In this document: piece by piece, positions 27,981-37,869 of the stretch
Position numbering within the stretch: position 1 is the stretch's first letter
Layout of the letters: every line of letters begins with the position of its first letter
Assembly: GCA_002482805.1 (NCBI GenBank)
Contig: DLGR01000034.1
Span: 106,208 to 170,207, forward strand
Source of the DNA: Micavibrio sp. UBA7689
GTDB taxonomy: Bacteria; Pseudomonadota; Alphaproteobacteria; Micavibrionales; Micavibrionaceae
Length of the DNA stretch: 64,000 nucleotides
Reading direction: 5' to 3'
The notes under the pieces: generated by a model
Database searches by the model: none
Told to the model about the DNA's origin: nothing
What the model saw: the letters and a program-made list of their open reading frames with translations, nothing else
Program-made: the position numbers and the translations under genes

Positions 27981-28322
27981 ATGAAAATACTCGTGCATTG
28001 GTTCTTATCCGCTGTTGCGGTTTGGCTTGTATCGGAAATCGTTCCGGGCTTCATGGTTGCGAGCCTTGGCTCTGCGCTTATTGCCGCAGCCGTCATCGGT
28101 CTGGTTAATGCCACGCTGGGTTTGGTGTTAAAGGTTCTTACCTTCCCCTTCACGATCATGACGCTCGGGCTCATCTGGCTTATCATCAACGGGCTTATGT
28201 TGCTGGTAGCGGCCCAACTGGTTCCGGGTTTTGCCATCACAGGCTTCCTCGCCGCGTTCTTGGGTGCCATTGTGCTCAGCATCGTAAACGCCATCCTGCG
28301 GACATTGTTTGAAAAAGACTAG
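27981..28322 (+). CDS. phage-holin-family-4-like (YvlD/DUF360) 4-TM membrane protein
   Basis: 113 aa. WFLSAVAVWLVSEIVPGFMV...LIAAAVIGLVNATLGLVLKVLTFPFTIMTLGLIWLIINGLMLLVAAQLVPGFAI is the pattern of this family. Confidence 0.7.
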   Translation: MKILVHWFLSAVAVWLVSEIVPGFMVASLGSALIAAAVIGLVNATLGLVLKVLTFPFTIMTLGLIWLIINGLMLLVAAQLVPGFAITGFLAAFLGAIVLSIVNAILRTLFEKD

Positions 28323-28390
28323 AGCGCTATAAAATCAAACGCTTACAGAAAAAATTTGGTTAAAATCCTGCGCCCGTATACAACACGCGC

Positions 28391-29128
28391 ATGAGTAGGC
28401 TTTCTTCGAAACCTTATACCAGTTCTTTACTGAATGTCCTTTTGCGCTCCGAACTTTCGGATGTCGAGAAGCCCGATATTTCGACTATCGGGGTTGTGGG
28501 GGCGTTGTTCGATAAGGATTACAATCTGTTTAGGGACGATGAAGTCACCATCAAGCGCACCGTCGCCGTTTTAAAGCGCGCCGGGATTACCGTCGCTAAC
28601 ATCCCTTCGTTCCAGTTTTACAATCTGCTTCCGCCCATCAAGAACGATTTTTTTCAGGCAACCCTGCCCGGGTCTGATGCTCCGCAGGCCGACTTGTTGA
28701 TAGTCTGCGCTGTCTGCAACATCCAGGCAGACTATCTCACTATCGATAAAATGCACCCTTTGCAAAGAGGCCGCGCGTACGAAAATTTTGGCGAAGCGTA
28801 CCACGATCTTTACAAGGGATATAATTTCAACCGCGAGGTCAGTATCAGCCCTTATTACAAAGTGCCAAACGCATGGGCCACAGGTGCACACAATGCCGGC
28901 GCCAAAATCGTCGTAACGCGCGGCGGCGAACATGACGAAATCCACAGCGGCGATTTCCTGCGCGGAGACTATTATGTTGCCGCCATGCCGACATCAGAAA
29001 GATTTGAAAGAATTTCCGCAACCGTTTCAGGCTCATTAGGTGTAGTGGTTCACCGCGATGCCGTAGCCGGCTTTAAAACAACTGCCGATGCACAAGATCT
29101 GCTGGGCCAGAGGATTTTGGCACTCTGA
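28391..29128 (+). CDS. hypothetical protein
   Basis: 245-aa ORF with no recognisable motif. Confidence 0.45.
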   Translation: MSRLSSKPYTSSLLNVLLRSELSDVEKPDISTIGVVGALFDKDYNLFRDDEVTIKRTVAVLKRAGITVANIPSFQFYNLLPPIKNDFFQATLPGSDAPQADLLIVCAVCNIQADYLTIDKMHPLQRGRAYENFGEAYHDLYKGYNFNREVSISPYYKVPNAWATGAHNAGAKIVVTRGGEHDEIHSGDFLRGDYYVAAMPTSERFERISATVSGSLGVVVHRDAVAGFKTTADAQDLLGQRILAL

Positions 29129-29509
29129 TCAAGGTTGCGCGCTCCATTCGCTCGCACGCGGCTCGGGCTGTTTATCCCAACCCCATGAATGAGCGGCAAC
29201 CATCAGCAAAGCGGGAATGGCCGCGGCACTTGCGAAGTTTGTAATCAGTTTTTTCTCAGTGAAGGCATTGCGCACACGTTCCAGGAAAGTACGCCCCGTA
29301 CTGCGCGCCAATTCCATGCCGTTAAACATGACAGAGCCGCCCAAAAAGCCTGCAGTGCAGAAATAAAATCCGGCATTCTTGATATCGATTGAGGAAGCGA
29401 CCATAGCGGGAGCCAAAGGGGCAACGCCGCCTGCAAGACTCGCCAAACGGAATGTCTGGCGCAAGACCCATGGGAATCTTTTCTGGTCTGGTTCGTTTGT
29501 ATCGGACAT
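29129..29509 (-). CDS. hypothetical membrane protein
   Basis: 126-aa ORF with hydrophobic segments. Its stop abuts the stop of the convergent gene (TGA|TCA). Confidence 0.4.
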   Translation of the reverse strand: MSDTNEPDQKRFPWVLRQTFRLASLAGGVAPLAPAMVASSIDIKNAGFYFCTAGFLGGSVMFNGMELARSTGRTFLERVRNAFTEKKLITNFASAAAIPALLMVAAHSWGWDKQPEPRASEWSAQP

Positions 29510-29693
29510 ATCACACTCTTATTACCTTCAGCCTTCTTACGCTATCACTGGGAAAACTGACAAGAAAAACCGCTAAATCCCGCCGTATACAAGCCTTTTT
29601 GGCGGTATAGACATAACTTCAAATTGTCTTTACGCTGGGCTATACTGATTCCCAAGACGTACGTTTCATCGAACTTTAGGTATAATTTCTGCC

Positions 29694-30713
29694 ATGCGGC
29701 TAAAATCGTTCACGGCCAACACTATGAAAGATGCCATGCAAATGATCCGCGAAACGCTCGGCGAAGACGCCATCATTGTCTCGACGCAAGAGATGGTGGG
29801 AGGCAAAGGCGTGCGCGTGACTGCCGCTATCGACAAAGACACCGAAGCCACCATGCCCAAACAGGCTTCCGATGCCGCGCTTCAGGATTGGCAATATCAA
29901 GATGACGATGACGAAGCCACGGTGGTCGAAGAAATCACCGAAGTCATGCTCCGCCATGCAGTCCCTGATGAAGTTCTGGATTCCGTCGTCGGTGCCGTCA
30001 ACATTATGGGACTTACAGAGTCTCGGAATGCACTGTTTGCAGCCTTGCAGAATTTGTTCGTGTTCAAACCACTTCCTACAAAATCCTACGGCCACCCGCT
30101 TTTGTTGGTCGGGCCTCCCGGTGCGGGCAAAACACTCTGTGCCGCCAAGATCGCCGCACGCGGTGCCCTGAACGGAATCAAAATGGCCGTGATCACCACA
30201 GACACGGTGCGCGCAGGCGGTGTCGAACAACTCGAAGCCTTCACACGTTTGATGAAGATTGATTTGAAGAAAGCCGCCTCGCCTAAAGAGCTGCGTGAGC
30301 GCATCGCCGAAGCGCAAGCCGCAGGCGCGGACCAGATCGTCATCGACACGGCAGGCATCAATCCCTTCGAACCTGAATCCGTGAAAGTCATCGCCCGTTT
30401 GATCGGCGCAGCGGATTGCGATCCTATTTTGGTGATACCCGCAGGTATCGACGCCGATGAATCAGGTGAAATCGCCCGCGTGTTCGCAACCATAGGCGCA
30501 AAGGCCATGATTCCTACCCGCGTGGACGTGGCCCGCCGCCTCGGATCGGTGCTTTCGGCTGCACACTATGGTGGCCTCGTTCTTGCAGAAGTATCCAATA
30601 CAGCCAAGGTGGCAGACGGGCTTTCCCCGCTGTCCGCCAAACGTATGACCCAATTGTTGATGCCGCGGGCAGAAGCCGCCGAGGCTCTCGCCAACGCCAG
30701 AAAAGCAGGTTAG
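29694..30713 (+). CDS. flhF: flagellar biosynthesis SRP-type GTPase FlhF
   Basis: 339 aa. MRLKSFTANTMKDAMQMIRETLGEDAIIVST, followed by GPPGAGKT and DTAG. Confidence 0.88.
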   Translation: MRLKSFTANTMKDAMQMIRETLGEDAIIVSTQEMVGGKGVRVTAAIDKDTEATMPKQASDAALQDWQYQDDDDEATVVEEITEVMLRHAVPDEVLDSVVGAVNIMGLTESRNALFAALQNLFVFKPLPTKSYGHPLLLVGPPGAGKTLCAAKIAARGALNGIKMAVITTDTVRAGGVEQLEAFTRLMKIDLKKAASPKELRERIAEAQAAGADQIVIDTAGINPFEPESVKVIARLIGAADCDPILVIPAGIDADESGEIARVFATIGAKAMIPTRVDVARRLGSVLSAAHYGGLVLAEVSNTAKVADGLSPLSAKRMTQLLMPRAEAAEALANARKAG

Positions 30714-30718
30714 AATCC

Positions 30719-31558
30719 ATGTCAGACATGACACTAGACACGAAACCAAACGATCCGCAGACCGCCCCGCCCATCTTCCGCCGGGGGACAAACATCGTGG
30801 CCGTTGCTTCGGGCAAAGGCGGCGTAGGCAAAACTTGGTTTTCGATAACATTGTCACATGCTCTCGCCAAGGCAGGCAAAAAAGTCCTGCTGTTCGATGG
30901 TGATCTTGGCTTGGCCAATGTGGACGTCCAGCTCGGCCTGATGCCCAAACGCGATTTGAACGATGTCATTCGTGGCCGCCTCGGTCTGGATAAAGTTACC
31001 CAAAGATATGAAGAAGGCGGTTTCGATATCGTTGCCGGACGCTCGGGACAAGCCTCCCTCTCCGCACTTCCTTCACAACGTTTGACTCTGCTCCGCGATC
31101 AATTGCTCGAAGTCGCAAATTCCTACGATGTCGTCATTCTCGATCTCGGCGCGGGTGTTGATCGTACCGTGCGCATGTTCTCCGCAACCGCGACAAAAAC
31201 ATTGCTGGTTGCGACAGATGAACCGACCTCTTTGACCGATGCTTACGCGTTTATCAAACTCGGTTCCGCCGCGGGCATGTCCAAACATATTTCGATCGTC
31301 ATTAATCAGGCATCTTCGATCACCGAAGGAGAACGCACATATAAAACACTCCTCAAGGCATGCGAAAACTTCCTGCGTTTGACGCCCCCGCTCGCGGGTA
31401 TGATCCGTCATGACAGCCGTGTTAAGGATTCCATCCGTCACCAGACGCCGATCCTGATCCGCTCACCCAATGCCGATGCCGCAGAAGACGTGCAGAAAAT
31501 TGCCCAAAACGTGCTGGCGGAACTGGCCGTTGAAGCCAAAAAGACCGCCGCCGCTTAA
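30719..31558 (+). CDS. flhG: MinD/ParA-type flagellar number regulator FlhG (FleN/MotR-like)
   Basis: 279 aa with deviant Walker A VASGKGGVGKT. Immediately downstream of flhF. Confidence 0.82.
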   Translation: MSDMTLDTKPNDPQTAPPIFRRGTNIVAVASGKGGVGKTWFSITLSHALAKAGKKVLLFDGDLGLANVDVQLGLMPKRDLNDVIRGRLGLDKVTQRYEEGGFDIVAGRSGQASLSALPSQRLTLLRDQLLEVANSYDVVILDLGAGVDRTVRMFSATATKTLLVATDEPTSLTDAYAFIKLGSAAGMSKHISIVINQASSITEGERTYKTLLKACENFLRLTPPLAGMIRHDSRVKDSIRHQTPILIRSPNADAAEDVQKIAQNVLAELAVEAKKTAAA

Positions 31559-31615
31559 TTTCCTTCCCTTTTTTCGGGTTTTTTCCTACTCTTACCGCAA
31601 CAAGAAACGGTCAGA

Positions 31616-32242
31616 GTGAGTGGTGTTGTGGAGTTAAACGAAAATTTCGAGGAACAAGTGCGTCCGCGCCGACACCGTCCGCAGATTGCGGTGCGTTTCA
31701 ATCCTCATGCATGGCGACCCATTTTCGACAACGTCAGCGGCTACGCTTATGCCTTGAACATACCGCAAGCGGGCGATGTCAGACCCGGTGAACTTTTACA
31801 AAAACCCGGACTTGAAGGAATCGTCGAGCGCCGCCCATCGACCAGCCCGTCCGATCTTCAGGCAAGATTGAGAGCGGACGGCCTGAATCTTTTCGACTTT
31901 CCCATAGCAGGCAATGGCCATGTCATTGCGATTTTTTCAAATGGTAAAAAGGAGCGCGCTTTCCGTCAGGATTCAAACGGGTTCTGGTCCTACCTCCCCG
32001 AGGGTGAACGCATGCGCTGTGGCAAACCTTTTTTGCCCAGACAATATGATGAATCCCAAAAGCCCATGAAAGATATCTTCAAAGCGAATTTGGGAGATTA
32101 CAAACAATTCGTGACCTTTGCCTCCACTCCCTATGCCGGCGTTTCTTACTACAAGCGCCTAACCCTGACCAACGAGGCTTTGCAGCCTTTTTGCCGAGCA
32201 ACCCCTGCCGAAATCAAGCTGGCCCGCCACCTTACCTATTAA
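31616..32242 (+). CDS. hypothetical protein downstream of flhG
   Basis: 208-aa ORF with a GTG start. No recognisable motif. Confidence 0.4.
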   Translation: MSGVVELNENFEEQVRPRRHRPQIAVRFNPHAWRPIFDNVSGYAYALNIPQAGDVRPGELLQKPGLEGIVERRPSTSPSDLQARLRADGLNLFDFPIAGNGHVIAIFSNGKKERAFRQDSNGFWSYLPEGERMRCGKPFLPRQYDESQKPMKDIFKANLGDYKQFVTFASTPYAGVSYYKRLTLTNEALQPFCRATPAEIKLARHLTY

Positions 32243-32285
32243 ACTCCTTATTTCGCTTTAAGGATTTCGGTCATATAATATAAGT

Positions 32286-34136
32286 ATGGCCCCGCCCAAC
32301 AACATACCGCCCGTTACCCCTGCACCTGCAAAACCTGCGGGGCAATCGGGTCAGGTGTTGCAGGTCGTCACCCTTCCCGAGGGTTTGAAAAACAACGCGC
32401 GCGCGATACGACTCGAAGGCGAAGTCATCGGCCAGAACAAAGACGGCTCCACGCGCATCAAAACCGCTGAAGGCAATATCGATGTCACGTTCCGTGGCAA
32501 ACAACCGCAAGTCGGAACAAAACTGGAAGTGGAAGTACCTGCGGGTAATCCTCCGCGCAACATAACTGTGCGACCCGCGCCCGTCGTGCCGCAACCTTTG
32601 CCGACCATTCCGACATTGCCGCAAACGCCAACAACGCAAACACCTATGCCTCTTCCGACGGCTCCCTCGCCGCAACCCATCACGCCCGATAAACCGACAC
32701 AGCCGACCACACAGCAACCTGCGCCGACGCAACCTACAACCAAGCCCGCACCTTTGCCATCGCTGCCGCCGCTGACAACTGGCGACATTGTGGAGATGGT
32801 GCCGTTACCCGAAGTGTTTGCACAAACGAAGACCGCACTGATACCCAATGCACCGTTGCCTCAACCGCCTGCCCAGGACAACAATGCGCCCAAACCAATT
32901 GTCAACGCGGGAGCGCCAATCGAAGACGACATCGTTCAAAAACCGCAATCGGGAATCGTGAATGCGCTTTTGCAATCCTTGAAAGCGAGTCTGCCCAATC
33001 TTTTGCCGCCGCCGAACTTGAACCCGCAAACGGGCCAGACGACCATGCCGCTTCCTGCGAACACAGTTACGGCAACGAGCATAACCCTTTTGCCTACCAG
33101 TGCCGCAACAACGCAGATTGTTATTCCCGATTTGCCGCAAACCGCGCCGTTGATTGCCAAAATCATGGCGATCACGTCGCCGACGGGACAGACGATGTAT
33201 GCGCCGCCCGAACCCGTTGTGACTCAGACAGGAAATTCGATAGTCCCGCAAACACCTGTTCAAAATGTAACTGTTACGGTCACGTCCCTGACGCCGCAAA
33301 ACCAACCCGTCGTTCCTTTGCCGCTCAACATAAACGGCGCGGTGCAGAATTTCGTCATTCAAACACCGCCTGGAACACTGCCGGTCGGAACGCAGATCAC
33401 TTTCATGCCAATACCGCAGCAAACCGCAACGGGCATTCCTTCGGTGGTGCCGCAGGCATGGCGCGGCTTTTTACCGTTCCTGCAGGCGTCTTCCACATGG
33501 CCGATCATGGACGATATTTTTCAAAGCTTTTATCAAGCGACGCCGCAAGCCGCGCAAGTTCTTGGCCGCGTTGTTCCGTCACCTGCCAACGCACAAAATC
33601 TGGGCTCTGCTATCATGCTGTTTGCTGCCGCCGCGCGGGCGGGTGAATTGCAGAACTGGCTTGGTGACAAGAAATTAGAGATGATTCACAAACTCGGGAA
33701 AGACTCGCTCATCTCGCGTTTATCCGCCGAAACAGCTTCGCTTTCCAACAACAACGATTTGCCTGCAACGGAATGGAAAAGCCTTCCCATTCCCATGCTG
33801 TGGCAGAATGAAATTTCCAAGGTAATGTTCCATGTGCGTCAGGAGCCGAACGAGGGAAGCAAACAGGATAAAGACGGCAACACGCGTTTTATTCTCGATC
33901 TGTCCCTGCCACGCATGGGGGAAGTGCAACTCGATGGTATAGTGAATGGCAAACGTCTCGATCTGATCGTCCGCACGCAAATGCCGGTGAGCTATCCTAT
34001 GCAAGAAGCGATGAAAGTTGCCTATGCGGGCGCGCTCGAAGGTTCAGACGTGTTCGGAGAATTGTCGTTCCAAGGCGATCTGAAACAATGGATGCATGTC
34101 ATCAAGGGTGACGAGAACTTTACAGCCTCGATCTAA
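32286..34136 (+). CDS. Pro/Thr/Gln-rich protein with FliK-like C-terminal (Flg_hook-type) domain
   Basis: 616 aa. Long PxP-rich linker (aa ~100-330). C-terminus TRFILDLSLPRMGEVQLDGIVNGKRLDLIVRTQMPVSYPMQEAMKVAYAGALEG parallels LRLDPPELGNVNVRLQF...KAHIVV of the fliK at 9226. Confidence 0.5.
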   Translation: MAPPNNIPPVTPAPAKPAGQSGQVLQVVTLPEGLKNNARAIRLEGEVIGQNKDGSTRIKTAEGNIDVTFRGKQPQVGTKLEVEVPAGNPPRNITVRPAPVVPQPLPTIPTLPQTPTTQTPMPLPTAPSPQPITPDKPTQPTTQQPAPTQPTTKPAPLPSLPPLTTGDIVEMVPLPEVFAQTKTALIPNAPLPQPPAQDNNAPKPIVNAGAPIEDDIVQKPQSGIVNALLQSLKASLPNLLPPPNLNPQTGQTTMPLPANTVTATSITLLPTSAATTQIVIPDLPQTAPLIAKIMAITSPTGQTMYAPPEPVVTQTGNSIVPQTPVQNVTVTVTSLTPQNQPVVPLPLNINGAVQNFVIQTPPGTLPVGTQITFMPIPQQTATGIPSVVPQAWRGFLPFLQASSTWPIMDDIFQSFYQATPQAAQVLGRVVPSPANAQNLGSAIMLFAAAARAGELQNWLGDKKLEMIHKLGKDSLISRLSAETASLSNNNDLPATEWKSLPIPMLWQNEISKVMFHVRQEPNEGSKQDKDGNTRFILDLSLPRMGEVQLDGIVNGKRLDLIVRTQMPVSYPMQEAMKVAYAGALEGSDVFGELSFQGDLKQWMHVIKGDENFTASI

Positions 34137-34561
34137 ACTTCTTCTTCCTTGCGCCGGAACGCTTCTATGCCAAGATCATCCATCTCGCGCGTTTCCTTGT
34201 CTTCCGCTTCTTTCTTATCGGCCTTTTCGCGCTCTGACTGCACAATCTCGATGCGTTTCATGTTGGCGAAGGCTTCGCGCACGTCTTCCTGTGCAATTTG
34301 AATGCGCAGTTCCAGTTTTTGTTTTTCAACGTTCATGCGCTCCAAAGACCGATGAATGTTTTGGGAAAAGCGCCCGAAATATGCATACATTTCCAGCGTG
34401 CCGTTTTGGTCGAGCACTTCGCGTTCCGTGCGCAGGCGTTCTATCAGGATATTCTTGTTTTCCTCGATCATCTCAACCTGGCGGTATAATTCAGCAAGCA
34501 TCTTCTGCTTCTCATCGACCGTGTGACGGCGCAATTTGATAAGGGAGAGCAGATTGGCCAT
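34133..34561 (-). CDS. fliJ: flagellar export chaperone/stalk protein FliJ
   Basis: 142-aa coiled-coil protein immediately downstream of fliI. MANLLSLIKLRRHTVDEKQKMLAELY... Confidence 0.7.
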   Translation of the reverse strand: MANLLSLIKLRRHTVDEKQKMLAELYRQVEMIEENKNILIERLRTEREVLDQNGTLEMYAYFGRFSQNIHRSLERMNVEKQKLELRIQIAQEDVREAFANMKRIEIVQSEREKADKKEAEDKETREMDDLGIEAFRRKEEEV

Positions 34562-34564
34562 TTA

Positions 34565-35968
34565 TCAGATCTTCTTGCGCGGCGGCACAGGGAATCCCTT
34601 CTGGAATTCCTGTGATTGTTGCGAAGGCTGGTCCCCACCATAGGGAAGACCCAAAATCGCTGCGAGTTTGGAGAACGATTCATCGATCGTGTTGGATTCT
34701 TCCTTGTTCTGACGCAGAAAATCTTCCAGTGCGGGATAACGGGCGATGGCTTCGTCCACTTCGCGGTCAGTTCCTTTGCGGTAAGCGCCAAGACGGATCA
34801 ATTCCGCCATGTCTTCGTAACGCGAGATAAGTTGCTTGGCGCGTGTGACAATCATGTTCTGCTCTTGGCTCAAACATTTCGGCATGGCGCGGGAAATGGA
34901 TTTCAAAACATTGATGGCGGGATAACGTCCGCGCGTGGCTATCGCCCGTTCCATGACGATGTGCCCGTCCACGATACCGCGCACTGCATCGGATATAGGT
35001 TCGTTCGTATCATCACCTTCGACCAGAACGGTGAACAAGCCCGTAATAGAACCCTCGCCCTGCACGCCGGGGCCCGCACGTTCCAACAAACGTGATAATT
35101 CACCGAACGTCGTGGGTGGATAGCCTTTCGATGTCGGCGGTTCACCTGCGGACAATCCGATTTCACGCTGCGCCATCGCAAAACGCGTAACGGAATCAAT
35201 CAGACACAAAACTTCCTTGCCCTGCATGCGGAAATATTCCGCAATCGCCAGCGTCATATACGCGGCTTGTCTGCGCATCAACGCGGGCTCGTCGCCCGTG
35301 GACACAATGACGACGGAACGGGCCAGACCGTCCTCACCCAAATCGTCTTCCAGAAATTCCTGCACCTCGCGGCCACGTTCGCCGACCAGGCCGATCACGG
35401 AAACATCGGCTTCGGTGTAGCGCGCCATCATCGAGAGTAAAACGGATTTACCCACGCCGGACCCCGAAAAAATCCCCATACGCTGGCCGTGGCACGTGGA
35501 TAGAAATGTATTCACCGCGCGCACGCCCAGATCGAGCTTTTCACCGATGCGCTGCCTAGCATGCGGCAAGGGCGCTTTGTTCTTGAGTGGAATGGGATGT
35601 GCCCCTTGCATCATCGGGCCCTTGCCGTCGATAGGCTGGCCCAATGCGTTTATCACGCGGCCCAGCCAGCGGTCATCGGGCGCGACCACGGCTTCTGTCC
35701 TTTGAATGACGGCAGGACAGCCGAGGCCCACACCTTCCAATGTGCCGAAAGGCATCAACAGCGCGCGGTTCTCACGAAAACCGATGACCTCGCACGGAAT
35801 GTCTTTGTCAGGTTTGGGACGCAAATGAACTATGGAGCCAATCGAAAGCTCCTTGCCGAAACCCGATATTTCGACCAGCAGGCCAAGCACTTTCACAACC
35901 GTTCCGTGAAGTTCGAAACTGGGGATGGGTTTTATCGATGCGAGGGCTTTTTCCGAGAGGCGTTCCAT
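34565..35968 (-). CDS. fliI: flagellum-specific ATPase FliI
   Basis: 467 aa. Walker A GSGVGKS, LIGERGREV, and the F1/T3SS ATPase core. Confidence 0.95.
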   Translation of the reverse strand: MERLSEKALASIKPIPSFELHGTVVKVLGLLVEISGFGKELSIGSIVHLRPKPDKDIPCEVIGFRENRALLMPFGTLEGVGLGCPAVIQRTEAVVAPDDRWLGRVINALGQPIDGKGPMMQGAHPIPLKNKAPLPHARQRIGEKLDLGVRAVNTFLSTCHGQRMGIFSGSGVGKSVLLSMMARYTEADVSVIGLVGERGREVQEFLEDDLGEDGLARSVVIVSTGDEPALMRRQAAYMTLAIAEYFRMQGKEVLCLIDSVTRFAMAQREIGLSAGEPPTSKGYPPTTFGELSRLLERAGPGVQGEGSITGLFTVLVEGDDTNEPISDAVRGIVDGHIVMERAIATRGRYPAINVLKSISRAMPKCLSQEQNMIVTRAKQLISRYEDMAELIRLGAYRKGTDREVDEAIARYPALEDFLRQNKEESNTIDESFSKLAAILGLPYGGDQPSQQSQEFQKGFPVPPRKKI

Positions 35969-36041
35969 CCTCTCAGTTTAAGGCTTTATCGGCTTTCTGT
36001 CATCTTTTCTATCGCCCAATAGGCGCAGAAAATCCCTGCAA

Positions 36042-36869
36042 TCAGTCGAAATCCTTGCGCGGAGGCAGAATGGTTCCGGGATATTTTTCATGCTTTTTGA
36101 TGACGCGCTCTAAAGTCCCCGTCCACAAGAGAGAGTCGATGGCCACATCCAGCATGCGTTTAAGCGAATACTCATCATGCGGAAGAATGAGGGCCGCGCC
36201 ATCGGCACGCCATGTGGTTTTGCCGATCTGCTTTATCTTGCCGGGATTGGCCTTCATATAGGCTTCAGCGATGGCGGCTTCGGTAAATGTCACATCGGCT
36301 TTGCCCGATATGACGTTCTCGAAACGGTCGGTCGCGGGAGTCAAACCGGACAGTCCGAGCGGTGTTGCCTTGGAAAACTGTTCGTTGATTACGGCCTGCC
36401 ACATTTCCCCATCGTTAAAGACGATCTTCACGCCTTCTTTGTTCACGTCATCGAATGTATTGAATCTTTTTTCATCGATGCGCACATACATGTTGGATGG
36501 CAGAAACATAAAAGGTTTGGAAAAATCCCCGCCGAACGTGCGTGCGGGCGTCTGGAAATATCCCGTGCAGTTCGCGTCATACCGTGTGCCTAGACCTTGG
36601 AACAGCGTGTCCGTACCCACTTCTTCGGTCCATTCGATTTTGATGTTAAGCGCCTTGCCCAGTTCTTCCATGAAATCATACGAAATTCCCGAATATTTTC
36701 CCGTGTTGGGGTCTTTTTCAAAATAAGTCGGATAGATCGTGTAGGCGCATTTGAGTGTCATGGTTTTGACAACGCGTTTGTAAACCTCGTTGGGCACCGC
36801 ATCGGATGCATAGGAGGGAAACGCTAGAACCAAAGCTGAAAAAATTAAAAATCCGGAAATCAGTTTCAT
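36042..36869 (-). CDS. ABC transporter substrate-binding protein, family 3 (polar amino acid type)
   Basis: 275 aa with a signal peptide and a type-3 SBP pattern. Confidence 0.65.
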   Translation of the reverse strand: MKLISGFLIFSALVLAFPSYASDAVPNEVYKRVVKTMTLKCAYTIYPTYFEKDPNTGKYSGISYDFMEELGKALNIKIEWTEEVGTDTLFQGLGTRYDANCTGYFQTPARTFGGDFSKPFMFLPSNMYVRIDEKRFNTFDDVNKEGVKIVFNDGEMWQAVINEQFSKATPLGLSGLTPATDRFENVISGKADVTFTEAAIAEAYMKANPGKIKQIGKTTWRADGAALILPHDEYSLKRMLDVAIDSLLWTGTLERVIKKHEKYPGTILPPRKDFD

Positions 36870-37091
36870 GAAACTTTCCTATAAATGCATGAATTCCGCC
36901 GAGGATAGCATATGTCCTAACTGCCAAAAAACGTCAAAAACCTTAACATTATGAAAATAAAGAAAAAATTGCCGATAATTTCACAATTTTTGTTAACCTT
37001 TTTAAAAGTATGTTAATATTTTTATTAATAAAGTTTAACGGTAACCACCGACATAAACGGCTAACGCAATTTTTAGACAAAGGGGTCAACA

Positions 37092-37808
37092 ATGCGGGTT
37101 CTATTGGTAGAAGACGATAGCTCGACGGCCAAAAGTATCGAACTGATGCTTAAAAGCGAAGGATATGTCGTAGATACCACCGATCTGGGCGAGGATGGCA
37201 TGGATCTGGGGAAAATCTACGATTACGACATCATAATTCTGGATCTTATGCTGCCCGACATGGACGGCTACGACGTGCTCAAAAACCTGCGCGCCGCGAA
37301 GATCGAAACACCCATTCTCATTCTTTCCGGTCTTGCCGAACTTGATAACAAGATCAAGGGCCTCGGCTTCGGCGCGGATGATTACTTAACGAAACCTTTC
37401 GACAAACGCGAACTGATTGCCCGTATTCAGGCGATCGTGCGTCGCTCCCAAGGTCATTCGCAATCCAAAATCATCACGGGCCGCGTCGTCGTCAACCTCG
37501 ACACGCGCACGGTGGAAGTGGATAACAAAACCCTTCACCTCACGGGCAAGGAATACGGCATCATGGAATTGCTTTCCTTGCGTAAGGGTACGACCCTGAC
37601 CAAGGAAATGTTCCTTAACCACCTTTACGGCGGCATGGACGAACCCGAAGTGAAAATCATCGACGTGTTCATCTGCAAACTGCGCAAAAAGGTCGAACAA
37701 GCCACAGGTGGCGATTCCTATATCGAAACCGTCTGGGGCCGCGGATATGTTCTGCGCGACCCTGCCGAAGGCGCAAGCACCGGCACTGCGAAAAAAGCCA
37801 CGGCTTAA
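37092..37808 (+). CDS. ctrA: cell-cycle master response regulator CtrA
   Basis: 238 aa, near-identical in blocks to Caulobacter/Brucella CtrA: [25 protein letters not shown]...[20 protein letters not shown]...[53 protein letters not shown]...[14 protein letters not shown]. Confidence 0.95.
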   Translation: MRVLLVEDDSSTAKSIELMLKSEGYVVDTTDLGEDGMDLGKIYDYDIIILDLMLPDMDGYDVLKNLRAAKIETPILILSGLAELDNKIKGLGFGADDYLTKPFDKRELIARIQAIVRRSQGHSQSKIITGRVVVNLDTRTVEVDNKTLHLTGKEYGIMELLSLRKGTTLTKEMFLNHLYGGMDEPEVKIIDVFICKLRKKVEQATGGDSYIETVWGRGYVLRDPAEGASTGTAKKATA

Positions 37809-37822
37809 CATCAATTACAAAG

Positions 37823-37851
37823 AAACCCCTGCTTTAAGCGGGGGTTTTTTT
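37823..37851 (+). terminator. rho-independent terminator after ctrA
   Basis: Stem AAACCCCTGC/GCGGGGTTT followed by a T-run. Confidence 0.8.
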
Positions 37852-37869
37852 ATGCTTTAAATAACCCCC

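Noticed and set aside
36943-37050. Cluster of TTAA motifs upstream of ctrA as CtrA autoregulation boxes
   Set aside because: I counted the spacings as N5, N8, N6 and so on. None is the canonical TTAA-N7-TTAA, and there is no TTAACCAT (only GTAACCAC at ~37041-37048). In such an AT-rich stretch TTAA is expected by chance. Autoregulation remains possible but is unsupported by sequence alone.
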